64,000 bases of DNA. Origin: the human T2T-CHM13v2.0 reference genome, Homo sapiens. Below, in pieces: positions 1 to 18,784 of the stretch. The stretch lies in the NCBI RefSeq assembly GCF_009914755.1, contig NC_060932.1. The stretch is one strand, 5' to 3'. The notes beneath the pieces are model-generated. The model had not been told where the DNA came from. It was given only the letters and a program-made list of their open reading frames with translations, and made no database searches. A program made the position numbers and the translations under genes. How positions within the stretch are numbered: position 1 is the first letter of the stretch; each line of letters opens with the position of its first letter.

Positions 1-886
1 TCTTACATATTAGGGACCCAAGAAACATTCAGATCTTGGCTTCCCTTTTACCCCCCACACAGAGAGCAGAATATAAAAGATGGAATCAGAGAACAATTCT
101 AATCAGTCCAGTCAATTCAGTGTATGTTTCTTACGCCCGCAGAATTAAGTAGGAGACCACGGCAACCATCCCAGCCCCAGGGAGGAGTTTATGACATCAG
201 ATAGGTGATGGCTGGTGGGTTCAGAGTAATTAAGACTGATGGATAACTGCAGAGAGGAAATCTAGTTTTCAGGGCAAACAGATGCGTCCAAGAGAGAGCC
301 CACACACGTGGTTGGATGCAGCTGGAGATGGAGAATTCCAGTTCAAGGAAAAGGCCTGGGCAGTATGTGTTTGGTGGTGGTCGTTGACCCTGAAAATAGA
401 TGGAATCTTGGAGGGAGAAAGCGAGTGTGGAAAGTGAAGGTCAGGTTGTGAGCTCTGGGGCAGCCCACAGTCAGAGGGTGGGTCAAAGCTAGAAGGGCGA
501 GCAGGCCGCACGCACACACACGCAAAGCAGCTGCCTTCACTGACAATCAATGGCAGCCACCTGAGCTGTGGCTGAGCTGCTGTGAGCCGAAGCAGTGGGC
601 TTGCTAAATGCCGTCATCCAGCTTCCCCTTGACCCTGGCTGTCAGGCCTGGGTCTGGGAACTTAGGGATCATTTTGTGCAGTCTGCTCACCCTCTGGCTG
701 TGCCAGGGCACAGGATTTTCTACAAAAGAAGGAATCTGGGGTGAGTAGAGCCCCATGGGAGAACTGAGCTGACTAAATGTGAGTGGAGAAATGCCAATTA
801 TGAAAAAAATGTACATATCAGGGGAACATGAGCTTGAACCTTGCACAGCTTTTCCTCCGCTTGGCTGTTTTTATGAGGACCCAGGC

Positions 887-1074
887 AAGTGGTTCTCAAA
901 GTGTGGTCCCCCCGGAAAACAATATCAGCTTTGCCCGGAACTTACTAGAAATGCAGGTTCCCAGGCTTACCCTAGACCCACTGAATCAGGACCTCTGGAA
1001 CTGGGGCCCAGGAATGTGGGTTTTCCCAAGCCCTCCAGGGGATGTCGATGTACGCTGCAGTTTAAGGACTACTG
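887..1074 (+). mobile_element. MER5A (hAT-Charlie MITE)
   Basis: About 188 bp, agtggttctcaaagtgtggtcc...tttaaggactactg, degenerate TIRs, colinear with the MER5A consensus as recalled. Confidence 0.85.
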
Positions 1075-2382
1075 ACTTAGATGTTTTAAATAAGATCTCT
1101 CCCTGGCAGCATCCACTCAAAAGGGGGTTTATATTAAGAACATAATGTGACAACGGTTTGGAAATTGAAAAGCACTCTACAGGAGTAGGACATTATTTTT
1201 GTTTGTTTATTTATTATTTTTGTCAACCTCATTCACTCAGATTTCACTGTATTTTAGAACTTGTTTCAGAGATTCCCCCCTTCCTCCTTTTCCCTTCCCC
1301 GAGGAAAACCAAAATCTTGTTAGTGAACAGGAGAATTGATTGAAAAAAAATTCAACTGCTGCGGGAAAGGAGGAGACTAGGCACAGCTGGAGTTTGCCTG
1401 AAAGGATAATTTTCTCAGTGACATTGGGTTTGTTTTGTTTCTTTCAGTGTAGAAGCACGAGGCTGATGACTCATTTACCATTGGAAGACTTCAAATCCAA
1501 ACTGCAGTTGTCAAAATAAGATTAGTGCTTTCAGACATGATGAAAGAGAGGGCATGGTCTCGAAAAGGCAAGCTTGGGTTTTGCCTGCATTTGTGGAGCC
1601 CTAACTCATAGCAAGCTTTCCTGTGGGAGTGGGCAGAGACCCCATCGTTTACCCAGTTGAGTGAAATGGCAGCCCTAATAACCCACTTCTCCTTCTCTCT
1701 TGCTGTGATAAACAATTTCTGATTTCTACATCTCAGATTAAATAACAGCAAGAGCTATAAAAAGTAGAGGGTGTCTCCTAAAGGTGTTCATTTGCTTTAA
1801 CTCCAAAGATGAGATTAAACTGTCATTGGTGTCAACAGCGTGCAGTGCAGCTTGTCTAAAATTCTGAAACGTTGGTGAAACCCTTTGATTTAGCCCTGGA
1901 TGATGGCCATAGCCTTTGCCCCATGCTCCGTGCTCCCCCCTCAGTTCTGCCTCCTTCCGGTGTAAGCAGATGAAAGTTTCCAAGTTCTCTGGACTGAGAT
2001 GCAGGCGCCAGGGTTTCTAAAGGAAGGCACTTACATCTAGGGTGCATGGGAGTCTCTGGGGAAACTGTGGTTGGGTTTGAGCACAGCTTTGGGGCTCTTG
2101 GCAGCAAATCTTCACTAATTAGTTTCACCTGGGAAGACTGAGTTATCCCTCTTAAAATTCTCCAGGCACTGAAACAAGCGAGCAGATTTTGCTGACTGTC
2201 AGATACATGCTAATGGTAGCTCCCTGGCAAGGTGTATCTCAAATTTGGCCAGGTCTTTTTGTTATGAAATTCCAAATTACCTACTTTGCTGTATCACTTC
2301 AATTTAGCATAGAACTCAAAAACCAAACTTGGCCAGAGATAAATTTTAGAACGTTAGGATCTAATATTCATGTTTGTAGGGA

Positions 2383-2669
2383 TTTTTTTTTTTTTTTTTT
2401 TTTTTTGAGACAGGATCTCGCTCTGTCTCCCAGGCTGGAGTGCAGTGGCGCAATCATAGCTTACTGCGACCTGGAACTCCCTGGCTGAAATGATCTTCCT
2501 ACCTCAGCCTCCCTAGTAGCTGGGACTACAGGTGTGTGCCACTGTGCCTGGCTAATTTTTTAATTTTCTGTAGAGACAAGATGTCGTTCTGTTGCCCAGG
2601 CTGGTCTTGATCCTCCTGCGTTGGCCTCCCAAAGTGCTGGGATTATAGGTGTGACCCATCGTGCCGGCC
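2383..2669 (-). mobile_element. AluJ with small internal deletion
   Basis: Poly-T then gagacaggatctcgctctg...gtgccggcc. Confidence 0.9.
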
Positions 2670-2856
2670 CATGTTTGCAGCTTTTATAGGTACCCAATAA
2701 AGTGAAACTATTAGAATTGGGATGTGAGCAAAATTTGGTTGAAGTTCAACTCTCTGCCATGCTTAAATAGGTATGTGCCACTGACACTTTTCTTTTCCCC
2801 CTTGATTTAGGAAAGGAGAAGGATGCTAACATTTGTTGAATACTTACTGTCAGCCC

Positions 2857-3491
<635 letters not shown>

Positions 3492-3880
3492 CTAGATTAT
3501 CTCACTCAACCCTACAAATAAGATATTTAACCTTTTTATGAAAACTGAATCTCTCAAAAGTCCCTTACTTGAAGTCGTTACCCAGCTGGGGCCAAGTCTG
3601 GCTCCAAAGTCGATATTCTTTTCACCTGCCTGCCTCACCCCTACCCTTTCTGAGGAGACGTAACTGACATCCTGCCCTCCCCCAGTGGTGGCTCTCTTCA
3701 TCATTTTTCATGTCACCTCTTTCAGGTCCAAATAAAAATTTGGAGAAGGTCAAAATCATCTTTTCAGTTCACACTGTTAAAAATGGAAGCCTGCTCTCTC
3801 ACCACGCTCAACTCCCCTTTCCTGCTTATAACGTATCACAGATTTTTACCTATTTGCTTTGTTTACTATCAATCTTCTAT

Positions 3881-4079
3881 CAGGTATGTGCTGCTAAATG
3901 TTTAACAATCAGGTCTCCAGGAGACAAAAGCTCTGATTTGTAGATTTGCCAATTTCCATGGTGTAAATACTCCCACCGTGGACATTTCAAGCTACCAACG
4001 TGGCCTCTTTGAATGCAGCTGTGGGAAGAGATGCACATCATTGTGTGAGTCAGTACGAGCTGCCTCTAGCACATGACTG
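3881..4079 (-). mobile_element. MER63A-like hAT-Blackjack DNA transposon
   Basis: caggtatgtgctg...agcacatgactg termini; internal atttgtag..tttgccaatttccatggtgtaaatactcccaccgtgg matches the recalled consensus. Confidence 0.75.
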
Positions 4080-4099
4080 GCCCCTCACTGGACCATCAG

Positions 4100-4930
4100 C
4101 TCTATAAGGGTAGGAATTTTTCTGTTGTTGTCCACTGATTCACTGTTGTTTTCCCAGCACTCCGAACCATTCCATCGTTGAATAGATTTATTAATTCAGT
4201 CATCCACAAATCAGCCACATGGCAGATGCTAGATATTTGAACTAGCATGCTGAGCAAGACAAGCACTGTGGCTGCCCTATGTGGCAGGTGAAATAGACAT
4301 GAAATAATTAGTTGCAAATTAAGCATTAAATTATAATTGTGTTGAGGATTACAAATGGAAACTCTGAGGGAGGACTTCACCCCTAGTGGCAGGTCAGAGC
4401 TTCCTGAGAAAGCAGACTTTCAGGTGAGTACTAAAGGAGGTATGAGAGTTAGGTAGGGGAAAAGGAGGTCAGGAAGAGGCTTGAGCATTCTAGGCAGAAG
4501 GAATGACCTTTGCAAAGGTCCCAAGACATGAAGAAGCTTGATTTGAAAATGGAGAGGGCCATGTAAATGGAGCAGAGAAAATAAGAGGAGGCTTGAGATA
4601 AGACTGGAGAGGTGAAGGGGTGGGTCTTGTAGCCCCCTTGACCATCACATTAGAGTTTTTGGACTCCATCCTAAAGCAGTGATAAGCCATTAAGGGTTTT
4701 AAGCAGAAGAGAGGCAGGAGCAGATTACTCTGGCTACAGGAGGATGCTAGGCTGGGATGAATACAGGAAAACCAGTTAAGAGGTTGCCACGGCTGTTCAG
4801 CCAACAGATGATAGTGGCTCCATGGTGGCAGGGGAGATGAAGAGAAGTAAATCCAGGATTGACTGGGTCTGAGGGGTACAGGAGAGGGAGGAATCCCATG
4901 ACTTTCAAGTTTCTGTTCCCATCTTCGACC
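4100..4930. mobile_element. L2 remnants
   Basis: Degenerate L2 motifs (tgcaaaggtccc, gagttttggact, agccattaagggttttaagcag, accagttaagagg). Confidence 0.6.
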
Positions 4931-5426
4931 CCAGGGTAAAAGTTAGCTATTCTAAAAATTCATCTTTGCTAAAGAGAAATTAAAGAATACTTCAGAATCA
5001 TCCCCAGCTGTCCCATTTCTGCCCAGTGACATTTATTAATTGAGACAGAGCTCTAGGCTGCCCAGCAAGGGAGGCTGTCAAGTCAACAATAGATGGCTAC
5101 TAAGCACCAACTGTGTGAAGTGCATGGCATTATACAGGCACCGTAAGGAACACCAAGACTTAGAGACATGGCTCTGTCCTTCACAGAGCTTACAAGAGTA
5201 GGTAAGAGAGATGAGTTAGGAACACCTGACAACCCTGTGCTTGTGTCACATGAGCATGAGTTCATTCATCCATTCAACAAGTACTTGTTGAGCAAGGACA
5301 AAGTGCCAGGCACTGTGCTAGATACCGGGATGCAGTGAATAGCAGGGCACACAGGTTCCCTAACTGTCATGACAGCTTTTCTGGTGTCCATAGCTGGGGG
5401 CTGGCTCTGAGATGTCATTGTGTTCT

Positions 5427-6209
<783 letters not shown>

Positions 6210-7253
6210 CTCTGAGCCCTCTTCTGGTGTGTGAATACCTCTTGCTGAGGATGAGGAGAGGCAGAGAGACTTGGAGAGAATTTTGTTCCCATCTCAGTCA
6301 TCTTCTGAGGACCCCACATCTAATGGAGGAGGGTATTCTTAGGACTTTAGGGCCATTCCTCCTGGGAGGCAGGGCATCTGGGCCTTTTTCATTGTTCATT
6401 CAGCAAATGAACTCTTATGGAGACCAAATACATGTGCTAGGACACTGTGCTAGACTCTGGAGAGTCAAAACTGACCCTCTTATAATGGGGCAGATAGCCG
6501 TGATCAAGTCCTTCCAATACCATGGGATCAGTGCCGAAATGCTAGAGCGGAGCCATGTCTATAGTGCTGTGGGGGCCCAGGGGAAGAAGCCTTAACTCCA
6601 GCCAACTTGAAGGAGGCTTCCCACAGGAGGTGACATTTGACTGGGGTTGTGAGCCATTCATGGGGGTCACCAGGTGGAGAAGGTGGAAGGCTGTGCCGGG
6701 GCAGGGGGAGCTCTGGACACAGTGCTTCTTATCCTTCAGTGAAATCCTCCTGGCCTCAGAGAGAAAGAAGGGCTGTTTTTCAAAAGCATAAGGAATCATC
6801 CAAAAAACATCTGTATTTGTTTCAAAAGGAAATGGCCACTGCCAGAAAAACAGCAAAGTTGTTTTGTCAGAACCCAGTCTGTATTTATTCCTTTGTCTTT
6901 GTTTAATTAGATTAATCCCTGAATGGTTTCCCTTGGGTCGGTACAAATCGCTCGTGGCCATAAATCCCCAACAATTCTAAAAACAGTAAGAAAGGACAAT
7001 CCGCATGAAGCCAACTGGCAAGCTTGCTGTTTGTGGGACAGTTCTGGGATGCGAGCAGTAATCTTGCACCCGCACATAGGTGTTTGGGGTTCTTTTAGCC
7101 TCTTGGAGAGGGGAGCAAGGACAACAATCACTCAGATTTGTTTAGAAGAGGAAAGCTGAACCGTAGGGTCTCATCATTAAAGGGGGAGACTGACTCCTGG
7201 ATCTGGGCACCTTCCCCAGGGAGGATTGTGGGGACTTTTTATCTGTTAGGTTC

Positions 7254-7400
7254 AATGACATTCAGCCTGGCTGCACACTGGGGCTACCTGGGAGCTTTGA
7301 CAAACACCACTGCCCAAATCCCACCCCCTGCCAGTCTGATTTAATTGTGGTGGGGAGTACCTTGGCATCAAGATTTTCAAAGGTCGCTGCTGCTTCTGTA
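7254..7400. mobile_element. MER5B-like hAT MITE remnant
   Basis: cctggctgcacac..acctgggagcttt...ctgatttaattg resembles MER5B. Confidence 0.55.
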
Positions 7401-9424
7401 GATGGGAGCTTGCAGTTACTCACAGACTCTTCTGCGGATATCCCAGTCTGTCCTGAAAGGAACAAGCATATCCTTGCCTTTCTCTACCTACCCTGTGCAG
7501 GGAAGCCTTTTAGAAAAAAAGATTGTTCCTTCAAGGTCCTGGTTCCTTGCTTTTGAAATGGTACTTTCAAAAGGGTTCTTTTGTAACAGGTTGATTTTTT
7601 TGTCTTCCTCCATTATTATAAAAGTTCCTGTTAGAAAATTTGAAATCAGACAATTATAAATAAAAGAATGAAAAATCACCTGTATTCACACCACTACTTG
7701 GTAACCATGGTAGGTAGGGTTCCTGCCAGACCCCTGATGGGGCAAGGCAGCATCTGCAGTAGAGATTGGGAGGACCCAGGTGGAGAAGCTGCTGCCACCC
7801 TTCCAGAGCTGGTTCCAGCATGCTGGAGCGTCACCTCCCAGCCATCAGGACTTCATGCAGGGACACTGCCCACCCACTTAGGGAGCTTAGAGTCTAGTAA
7901 GAGAGACACAGTACATCCATCGCTCTATAAACACATACGTAGTTAACATTATGATTCATGCCAGGAGGGAAAAGTGCAGGGGTGGGCTGACAGCCGATGG
8001 GTGAGGCCAAAAGTGTAAAGAATGTTTAAAGGTCCTCATAGCAAGAGGTTAATTTTCTCATCACCATTCAGGCAACCCAAAGCTACTTCAGCCCGGAACT
8101 CAGAAACCTACTGCTGTTCCCAAGAAAGCAATGCTTTTCATTGAACTTTGCTAGAGGTGCTTAAATTTTCCCAGGCCTGAGAGGATCTGTGGTGCTGCCA
8201 GACTTATCCTTCCGAAGCACAACTTGGGTGAAATTGCTGGTCTCCCTTTTTAAAGTTTTTCCCTTGAGTGGTCCCCATTGCCCGCTGATTGGAGTTCAGC
8301 CTATGCAGCCTGTGTGCAGAGATCCCTCTGCCTCTGGTGTCAATGGTCTTTCCCATCCTCTCTTCTGCTACTTCCCCTGGAATTTCCAGAGCAGAATTCA
8401 GCTGCCACGCCTCTCCTGCTTCCCTCTTCTGTTTACTCACGCGTCCCAAGCCTGGAGTGCTGTTTCTCTTTCTCCATACCTGCCAGCCTTTCCCAGTCCT
8501 TGCTAGACTTGCAGTAATCTGTCCCAATTCTGAACTCCCATAGTTTTCTTGGCACTTCTCTTAGGGATTCTTATCATGTCCTACCTCGCATGTTAGTTAT
8601 TTAGGTGGCATCTAACAACCACTCTGGCCTTTCTGTTCCTCAAATAGGATCAGTTTGTTCTTCAGGACCTTTGCATTCACTGTTCTTTTGGCCGAAAATA
8701 CTCTTCCTAAAGGTTCATGTTATTAACTCCTAGTAGGATACAAGCTGCGTGACAGCAGAAACCCCTTGTCTGTTTTGTTCACCATGATATCCCCAATGCT
8801 TGGGACATAGTATGCGCTCAAACCGTATTTATTGACTAAATGAATGAATATCGTATGATTCAGACATTTCTTATATCTGGCCTAGCTCATTTAGGTTTTG
8901 TATTTCTTTGATTACTCACTACGATTTTTGTATTAGCTGAAGTTTTCTTCCGGTTATGGGTGTTTTCCTTACATCTGAATCCACTGAAAATCTACATTGG
9001 ACTTTCTGGTTGGAGTTCTCAATTGGAAATGTGAGATATAAACTTACTGGTGAGAGGTAAAAGAATCTGTGTCTATAAGGCTTTTTTTTCCATCTACTTT
9101 ATTGATTTGGGAGTGAAACTTCTTTTAGGAGTTTAAAACCAGAATTCTTATTTGTAGACTCTTAGACCTAAGCGTTTTTAAAATGTGATGATGTAAGTTT
9201 TAATGTTTAAAATTGTTTAATGCATTTAATAGAGATGTTGAATCAAATCAGCTTTTATCTTTTTAAAAATCAATTTGGATATTTTATATTTATGTAAAAG
9301 CATAATAAACTATGAAACTCAAAGATCTAGAAGATGATATGAAAATGTAGCCATTGGATTCAGGAATTAATCAAGCTTTCTAGGTAATTAAGTTTTTTTA
9401 AATCATACCTGTTGTAGTGATAGC

Positions 9425-9799
<375 letters not shown>

Positions 9800-10212
9800 T
9801 AATGGCAAAATCAATGGTACAGCTAGCTGTTTCATGGTATCCAAGCTGTTCTCCTTGCTGGGAAATAGTGTTAGAGACTGAGTCAGTGATGGATGGAAGA
9901 TGCCTTTAATCTTTTCATCCACCAACATATTCTTAGTTCTGTTGCAGTAGATGCATACTGCAAGTCCATTCCTACGTTGCATGTGAATAAACAGGCAGAG
10001 CTTAGCACTTAGTGGACATGTAATAAATATTTGACCAAAATAAGACCACGAATAGACATGTATCTATTTCTCCCTGGCAATGTTTGTTACCTCTACCTAA
10101 CCTCTTTTGGCTTCTCCATTTTCCTCGTTTGTTATTAGAATGAATACATAGAGCACAAAGAGGGTTTTCAAAGAGCTTTGTCTCATTCCTTCTTATACCA
10201 GCAACAGAGTGA

Positions 10213-10578
<366 letters not shown>

Positions 10579-10874
10579 TGAAAAATGTGTTTTTATATAC
10601 ATGCAGAAACTCACCTGGAAAGAAAACTCACCAAAATGTTAACAGTGGTTGCCTCTGGGTAGTAGGATTACAGATGGGGGGATTACAGGTGAATTTTCTT
10701 TTATCTATTTTTTTATGTTTTCCAAATTTTCTACTATGATCACGTATCAAACCTTACAATGTTTTTAAAAGTTACTTTGGTGAGGGCTCTGGAGTTCCCT
10801 GTTGCCTCACCCTGGGCTGGGAGCATTCTCAGGTGTGCCTGACGTTGTGTTCTAACATCGTGACTTTGCCTCAG

Positions 10875-10997
10875 TCCAGGATCTGTGTGCCATGGAGGAC
10901 CACAACTGTGAGCAGCTCTGTGTGAATGTGCCGGGCTCCTTCGTCTGCCAGTGCTACAGTGGCTACGCCCTGGCTGAGGATGGGAAGAGGTGTGTGG
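10875..10997 (+). CDS. MATN2: MATN2 coding exon, EGF-like domain 2
   Basis: ctcag|TC CAG GAT...TGT GTG G|gtgagt; 123 bp, phase 1-1; (I)[40 protein letters not shown]. Confidence 0.97.
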
Positions 10998-12276
10998 GTG
11001 AGTATCCCTCCAGCTGGGCTTGGTAGGGAAGGACAAGTTAAGCATGGTGAGGAGGAGGGGAGACTCACGTGTACCTCCCACATATTTGTTTCCTCACCTT
11101 TGGGTTTCCACAAAGTGCTCAGTTGTTTGGTGTAGTTGTTAGGCAGAATTTGAACTTTAAAGGCTTCATTTATGGCTGAGGTCAGCGTTTTCTTATTCTG
11201 GGTCTCCAGTAAAAGGAACACTTATGATAATCCATGCAAATATAACTGTGTGTTACTGCATCTCTTGAAAAGGATCGGGTGGATTTTCTTCAACTTTGGA
11301 GGATATGTTTGGAATGGCCTGACTTATATATAGCTCAGGTGTTATACATGACATTTACTTGGGTGGGTTGCTGAGTGACACCTCAAAGACAACGGGCAGC
11401 CTTCCTCCCTAATGTCACCTATAGCTCAGTGACAGGCCAAAGTGACTGCCAGGTGAAAGAGCCCAGCCATATGGGCTCAGCGTAATTAGACGGCGTGGTC
11501 AGAGGAAACTAGCAGTAGCCTCAAACCCTCAAACACAAGCCCAGGTAATGAGGCTCAAGGGCAGTGCTTGATGCTGCAGACATCCCCCCTGTTTATCTAC
11601 AAAGCCTTTGCAACTTAACATGGTCTCATTCCTCCTTATACCAACAAACAGTGCCTGGTGGATAGTAGGTGTTTCATAAACTGAACTGAATACTTATGAG
11701 GCAGAAAATCTAGAAGGAAAAGAACTTGACTGACATCAAAACTGGAATGTAAATTTTCTGCTAAATCCTGCATTTTGTCTTCCGTGTTCTATTGTTTTCA
11801 GGACCCTATTTTATTTTGCTTCGCACAAACAGGGTATGCTTATATTTTTGCACATAGAATTTGCATTTTCCAGCACACCTTAATTCTTAGCTAGGGATGT
11901 GGAAGGCAAAACAAAACAACAACAAAACAAAAGTTAGGTGGTAGCCTGCAATTGGCAGGTGAGTGATGAGAGTATCGTGGGTTTGTTTTTACACACTGAT
12001 AGGAATGAAAGCAACCTCTGCCTCTGACTCTCATCAAAGGGCCACAAATGCAGCTGGTCTCCTGGGCCTTAGGGTTGTTTTTCTTCTTAATCTGCTGGTG
12101 GTGGCCATGATAGAGTGGCAGGGTTCCACACCCACTACCACTAGCAAAAAAGAAGCCAACATATATACCCATGGTTATTTTTGCTTCATTAATTTTTATT
12201 ATGCAAGTAATACCCGTTCATAGAGAAACTTAAACAGATGAGAAAAATCACTATTAATAGGTTATTGTATTTTCTA

Positions 12277-12654
<378 letters not shown>

Positions 12655-13851
12655 TCACACTGTCTATTTTGTTTTACAACCTGCTTTTTCCCCTCTACTA
12701 TTTGTTAAATGGGTAGAAACTCTGAGTGCTGTTTGGTCAGGAGGAAATCAAGCCATTGTGAGTTAGGCTGGTGGAGGAGCTTCAGGAAACAGGATGAGGG
12801 TAATGGGTTGATTAGGACAAGGGGAGGGACAGTAGAACACAGGGCTTGCATTGGTCACAGGGAGTAGATGGGGCAGGAAGCCCACCTTGGCCCATGGGAA
12901 ACTGGAGGCCACTGAAAAACCCATTTCTCTGAGTGTTTCCAAATAATTACCTGCTTGTCCGTGTGTAGTAGAGAACCTTTGTATCTCTGAGGATTTTGCT
13001 GTAACTTTTGGGATTTGACATTTATTGAAGAGCTACAAGCGTGGGAGGGTAGATGCTGTCATTGCCAGAGAGCTTTGGCGTGCTGTTTATCGGAGATGGG
13101 CGTTTCTCTGCGGCTGCTTGACTGCATATAAGAATGTCTGCATTTTCTCAGTGGGGATCCAATCCAAAGAGTGGGAAAATGGGAGAGACTGCATCCCATT
13201 GCAACCCAGGTCTCCTCCGTCAGATGATCCTAGCATCACCAGCCTTACCACCTTTTCCCCAATGCCCTTTACAGCGGTTCACTAAGCACTCGATCTGTTA
13301 GAGGCTGGGAGTGAGATGATTAAGCAGGCAGTACTTTTGTTGCCAGTAGCCTTTCTTAGGGACTCCAGACAAAATCCTACAAGGTTAGTTGCTGCTCAAT
13401 AGGGCTATGGTGAGTACAACGCAAATGATAGAGAAAATATTGGCCACGGAAGGTCAGAGAGAGACATCCTAATGGCTAGGCTGGAAGATCTGAGTGTGGA
13501 AGGAAGGGTGGCAATTGGACAAATGTCCAAGGCAGGGGGAGAGATGAAGGGCAGTGACTGTGGAGGTGGCAATGCTCTTCAAGCATTAGGGCTAAGTCTG
13601 GCCTAGGAGTGGCAGGGCCAGCTCCTGGGAGCTGGTAGGTCAGAGAGAGACTGTTACAGTGAAAAGGCCAAACTGAAAGTTAACCAGGTGGCCTAACCTG
13701 AGGGCCAGAAGGCGCTTATCAAAGATGGAGACTCCAGGTACCAGACTTAGAGCAGGAAATTTAGAGGAGAGGCTGGTGAGAACTCTGGACATACTCCATT
13801 AGTAGCTGATCTGGGGTGCCCTGTGTGTAGATGGCCAGGGAACATTAAGAA

Positions 13852-14598
<747 letters not shown>

Positions 14599-15018
14599 GT
14601 TAAGGCTGTCCAATTTGACTTAAACTGTTAAGTTCAGCAGAGAATTCCTGTATACATGAAGTAGGAGATGAAGTTGAAGACAGCAGAAGGAACTGGATTG
14701 TTCAGGGCTTTGAAAATCAGACGTAAAGCCTAGATTTTATCTCTGAAAAAGAGCCACCGAAGGGTTTATATTTGGGTGACAAATGCAAAGCTTCATTTTT
14801 AGGAAACTCAACCTCATGGGGAACTGCAGGGTGTATTCCAGGAGAAGGATGGCAAGAAGTGGGAAGACCAGATAGGAGATTGTAGCAGTTATCGGGTGAG
14901 AGAGGATAGGAACCAGCCAGGATTTGAGGTGCAACTGTAGGAAAGGAGAGGGAGACAGTAAGGAATGAAAGAAGGTGCTGTACATAAAGGGAACAAGGAG
15001 AAGTCAAAAGTGACTCTA

Positions 15019-16046
<1,028 letters not shown>

Positions 16047-16319
16047 TGTTGGGGTGATAATTAGTAGTCATTGACAAGGTGAATTTTGAATTCAGGTTAG
16101 ACACCACAAGGACACGTCAAGAGGAAGCAGAAAACTCGGCATTAACATGACAGAGAGAGTAGAATCAATGCTGTAGTCAGGAAGCAGCATAGTTTATTTC
16201 TTAACTTCCAGTTATTTTCTATTTTAAATATTTATGTGTCAGTTGGTTTGTTTTGAGGGCATCTAGACCTTTAAAACAGTGCTACCTGAGCTGAAATCCC
16301 AACTCTGCTACTTGCTAGG

Positions 16320-18784
16320 TGTGTTAGGCCATTTGCGTTGCTATAAAGGAATACCTGAGATTAGCTAAAAGAAAAGGTTTAATTGGCTCATGATTCTGCA
16401 GGCTGTATAGGAAGCATGACACCAGCATCTGCTTCTGGTGAGGGCCTCAGGAAACTTCCAATCATGGTAGAAGGTGAAGGCGGAGCAGGCATGTCACATG
16501 GTGAGAGCAGGAGCAAGAGGTAGGGGGAGGTGACACACTCTTTTAAGACCAACCAAATCTCACATGAACTAACTGAGCGAGAAATCACTTATCACCAAGA
16601 TGATAACACTAAGCCATTAATGAGAGATCCACAGCTATGATCCAATACCTCCCACTAAGCCCCACCTCCAACATTGGGAATCACGTTTCAACATCAGATT
16701 TGGAGGCAATAAGCATCCAAACCATATTATTCCACTCCTGGCCCCCCATATTTCATGTCCTTCTCACATTTCAAAATACAATCGTGCCTTTGCAATAGTT
16801 CCCCAAAGTCTTAACTTGTTCCAGGCTTAACTCAAAAGTCTCAAACTCCAAAGTCTGAAGTGTCATCTGGAGATGAGTTCCTTCCACCTATGAGCCTGTG
16901 AGATTTAAAAAAAAAAAAAGAAAAAGTTTTTACTTCCAAGGTACAAGGTGTTATAGGCACTGGGTAAATATTCTCATTTCAAAAGGGAGAAATTGGCCAA
17001 AACAAAGGGCAATAGGACCATACAACTTTGAAACCCAGCAGGGCAGCCATTACATTTTAAAACTCCAAAACAATCTCCTTTGACTCCATGTCCTGCATCC
17101 AAGGCACACAGGTGCAAGGGGTGGGCCCCCAAGGCCTTGGTTGGCTCCGCCCCTGTGGTTGCAGGGTATAGCCCCCAAGGCTGCCCTCACAGGTTGTTGG
17201 GTGCCCATGGCTCTTGCATGCTAAGGTTGCAAACTGCCAGTGGCTCTACCATTCTCAGGTCTGGAGGGTGGTGGCCCCCTTCTCACAGCTCCACTAGGCA
17301 GTGCCCCAGTAGGGACTCTGTATGAGAGTTCCAACCCTACATTTCCCTTTGGCACTGACCTAGTAGAGTCTCTCTATGAGGCTTCACCCCTGCAGCAGGC
17401 TTCTGCCTGGACATCCAGGCTTTCCAAGACATACTCTGAAGTCTAGGGAGAAGCTGCCAAGCCTCTTTCATGCCTGCATTCTGTGTGCCTGCAGACTTAA
17501 CACCACATCGTAGCCACTAAGGTTTATGGTGGCTTGTACTCTCTGGAGCAGCAGCCCAAGCTGTACCTGTGGCCCTGTGAGCCATGGCTGGAGCTGGAGC
17601 AGCCTGGATGTGAGGAGCAGTGTGCTGAGGCTACACAGGGCAGTAGTGCCCTGGACCTGGCCCCCCAAATCATTTTTTTCCCCTAGGCCTCTGGGCCTTT
17701 GATGGGGAGTGGGTGCTGCCTAGAAGATCTCTGAAATGCCTTTGAGGCCTTTTTCCCATGTCTTGGATATTTGCACTTGGCTCCCTTTTAGTTACACTAA
17801 TCTCTCTAGCAAGTGGTTGCTCCACAGCCTGCTTGTATTCCTGTCCTGAAAATGCCTTTTCTTTCTCTGCCACATGGCTAGGCTGCAAATTTTCCAAACT
17901 TGTACATTCTGCTTCCCTTTTACATATAAGTTCCAACTTTATTTCTTTGCTCCAGTATCTGATCATAGGCTTGAATGCTTTGCTGTTTAGAAATTTTTTC
18001 CATCAGATAGCTACCTTAGGTCATCCCTCTTAAATTCAAACTTCCACAGATCCCTAGGGCATGAACACAACCCAGCTAAGATCTTTGCTAAGGCATAGAA
18101 TTGGTGACCTTTACTCCAGTTCCCAATAAATTCTTCATTTCTATCTGAGATCTCATCAGCCTGGCCTTTACTGTCCATATCTATTAGCATTTTGGTCACA
18201 ACCACTTAACAAGTCTCTAAGGAGTTCCAAACTTTCCCTCATCTTCCTGTCTTCTTCTAAGCCCTCCAAACTCATCTGACCTCTGCCCATTGCCCAGTTC
18301 CAAAGCTGCTTCCATACTTTCAAGTGTGTTAATAGCAACACCCCACTCTCAGTACCGGTTTTCTGTGTTAGGCTGCTTGCATTGCTCTAAAGGAGTACCT
18401 GAGACTGGGTAATTTATTTGAAAAAGAAAGAGTTTAATTGGCTCACAGTTCTGCAGGCTGTACAAGAAGCATGGCATTGGCCTCTGCTTCTGGTGAGGGC
18501 CTCAGAAAGTTTACAATCAAGGCAAAAGCCAAAGGGGGAGCAAGTATGTCACATGACAAGGACAAGAGTGAGAGTTGGGAGGTGGGGAGATGCCACACTT
18601 TTAAACAACCAGGTCTCATGTGAACTAACTGAGCAAGAACTCACTCATCACCTAGGGGTGGTGCTAAGCCATTTATGGGGGATCTGTCCCTGTGATCCAA
18701 TACTTCCCACCAGGGTCCACCTGTAACACGGGGGATCACATTTCAGTGTGAGATTTGGAGGGCACAGACATCCAGACCGTATCA
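16320..18784 (-). mobile_element. Full-length MSTB (ERVL-MaLR) provirus: 5' LTR 18364-18784, internal 16730-18363, 3' LTR 16320-16729
   Basis: Two homologous ~410-420 bp LTRs, ~1.63 kb MST-int, purine tract next to the 3' LTR, near-perfect 5-bp TSD ctagg/ctaag; splits a MIR (16275-16319 / 18785-18900). Confidence 0.92.

Noticed and set aside
4375-4393. CTCF-like motif (reverse complement ccactaggggtg)
   Set aside because: Mismatches the conserved 3' GGC core and lies in an L2 remnant.
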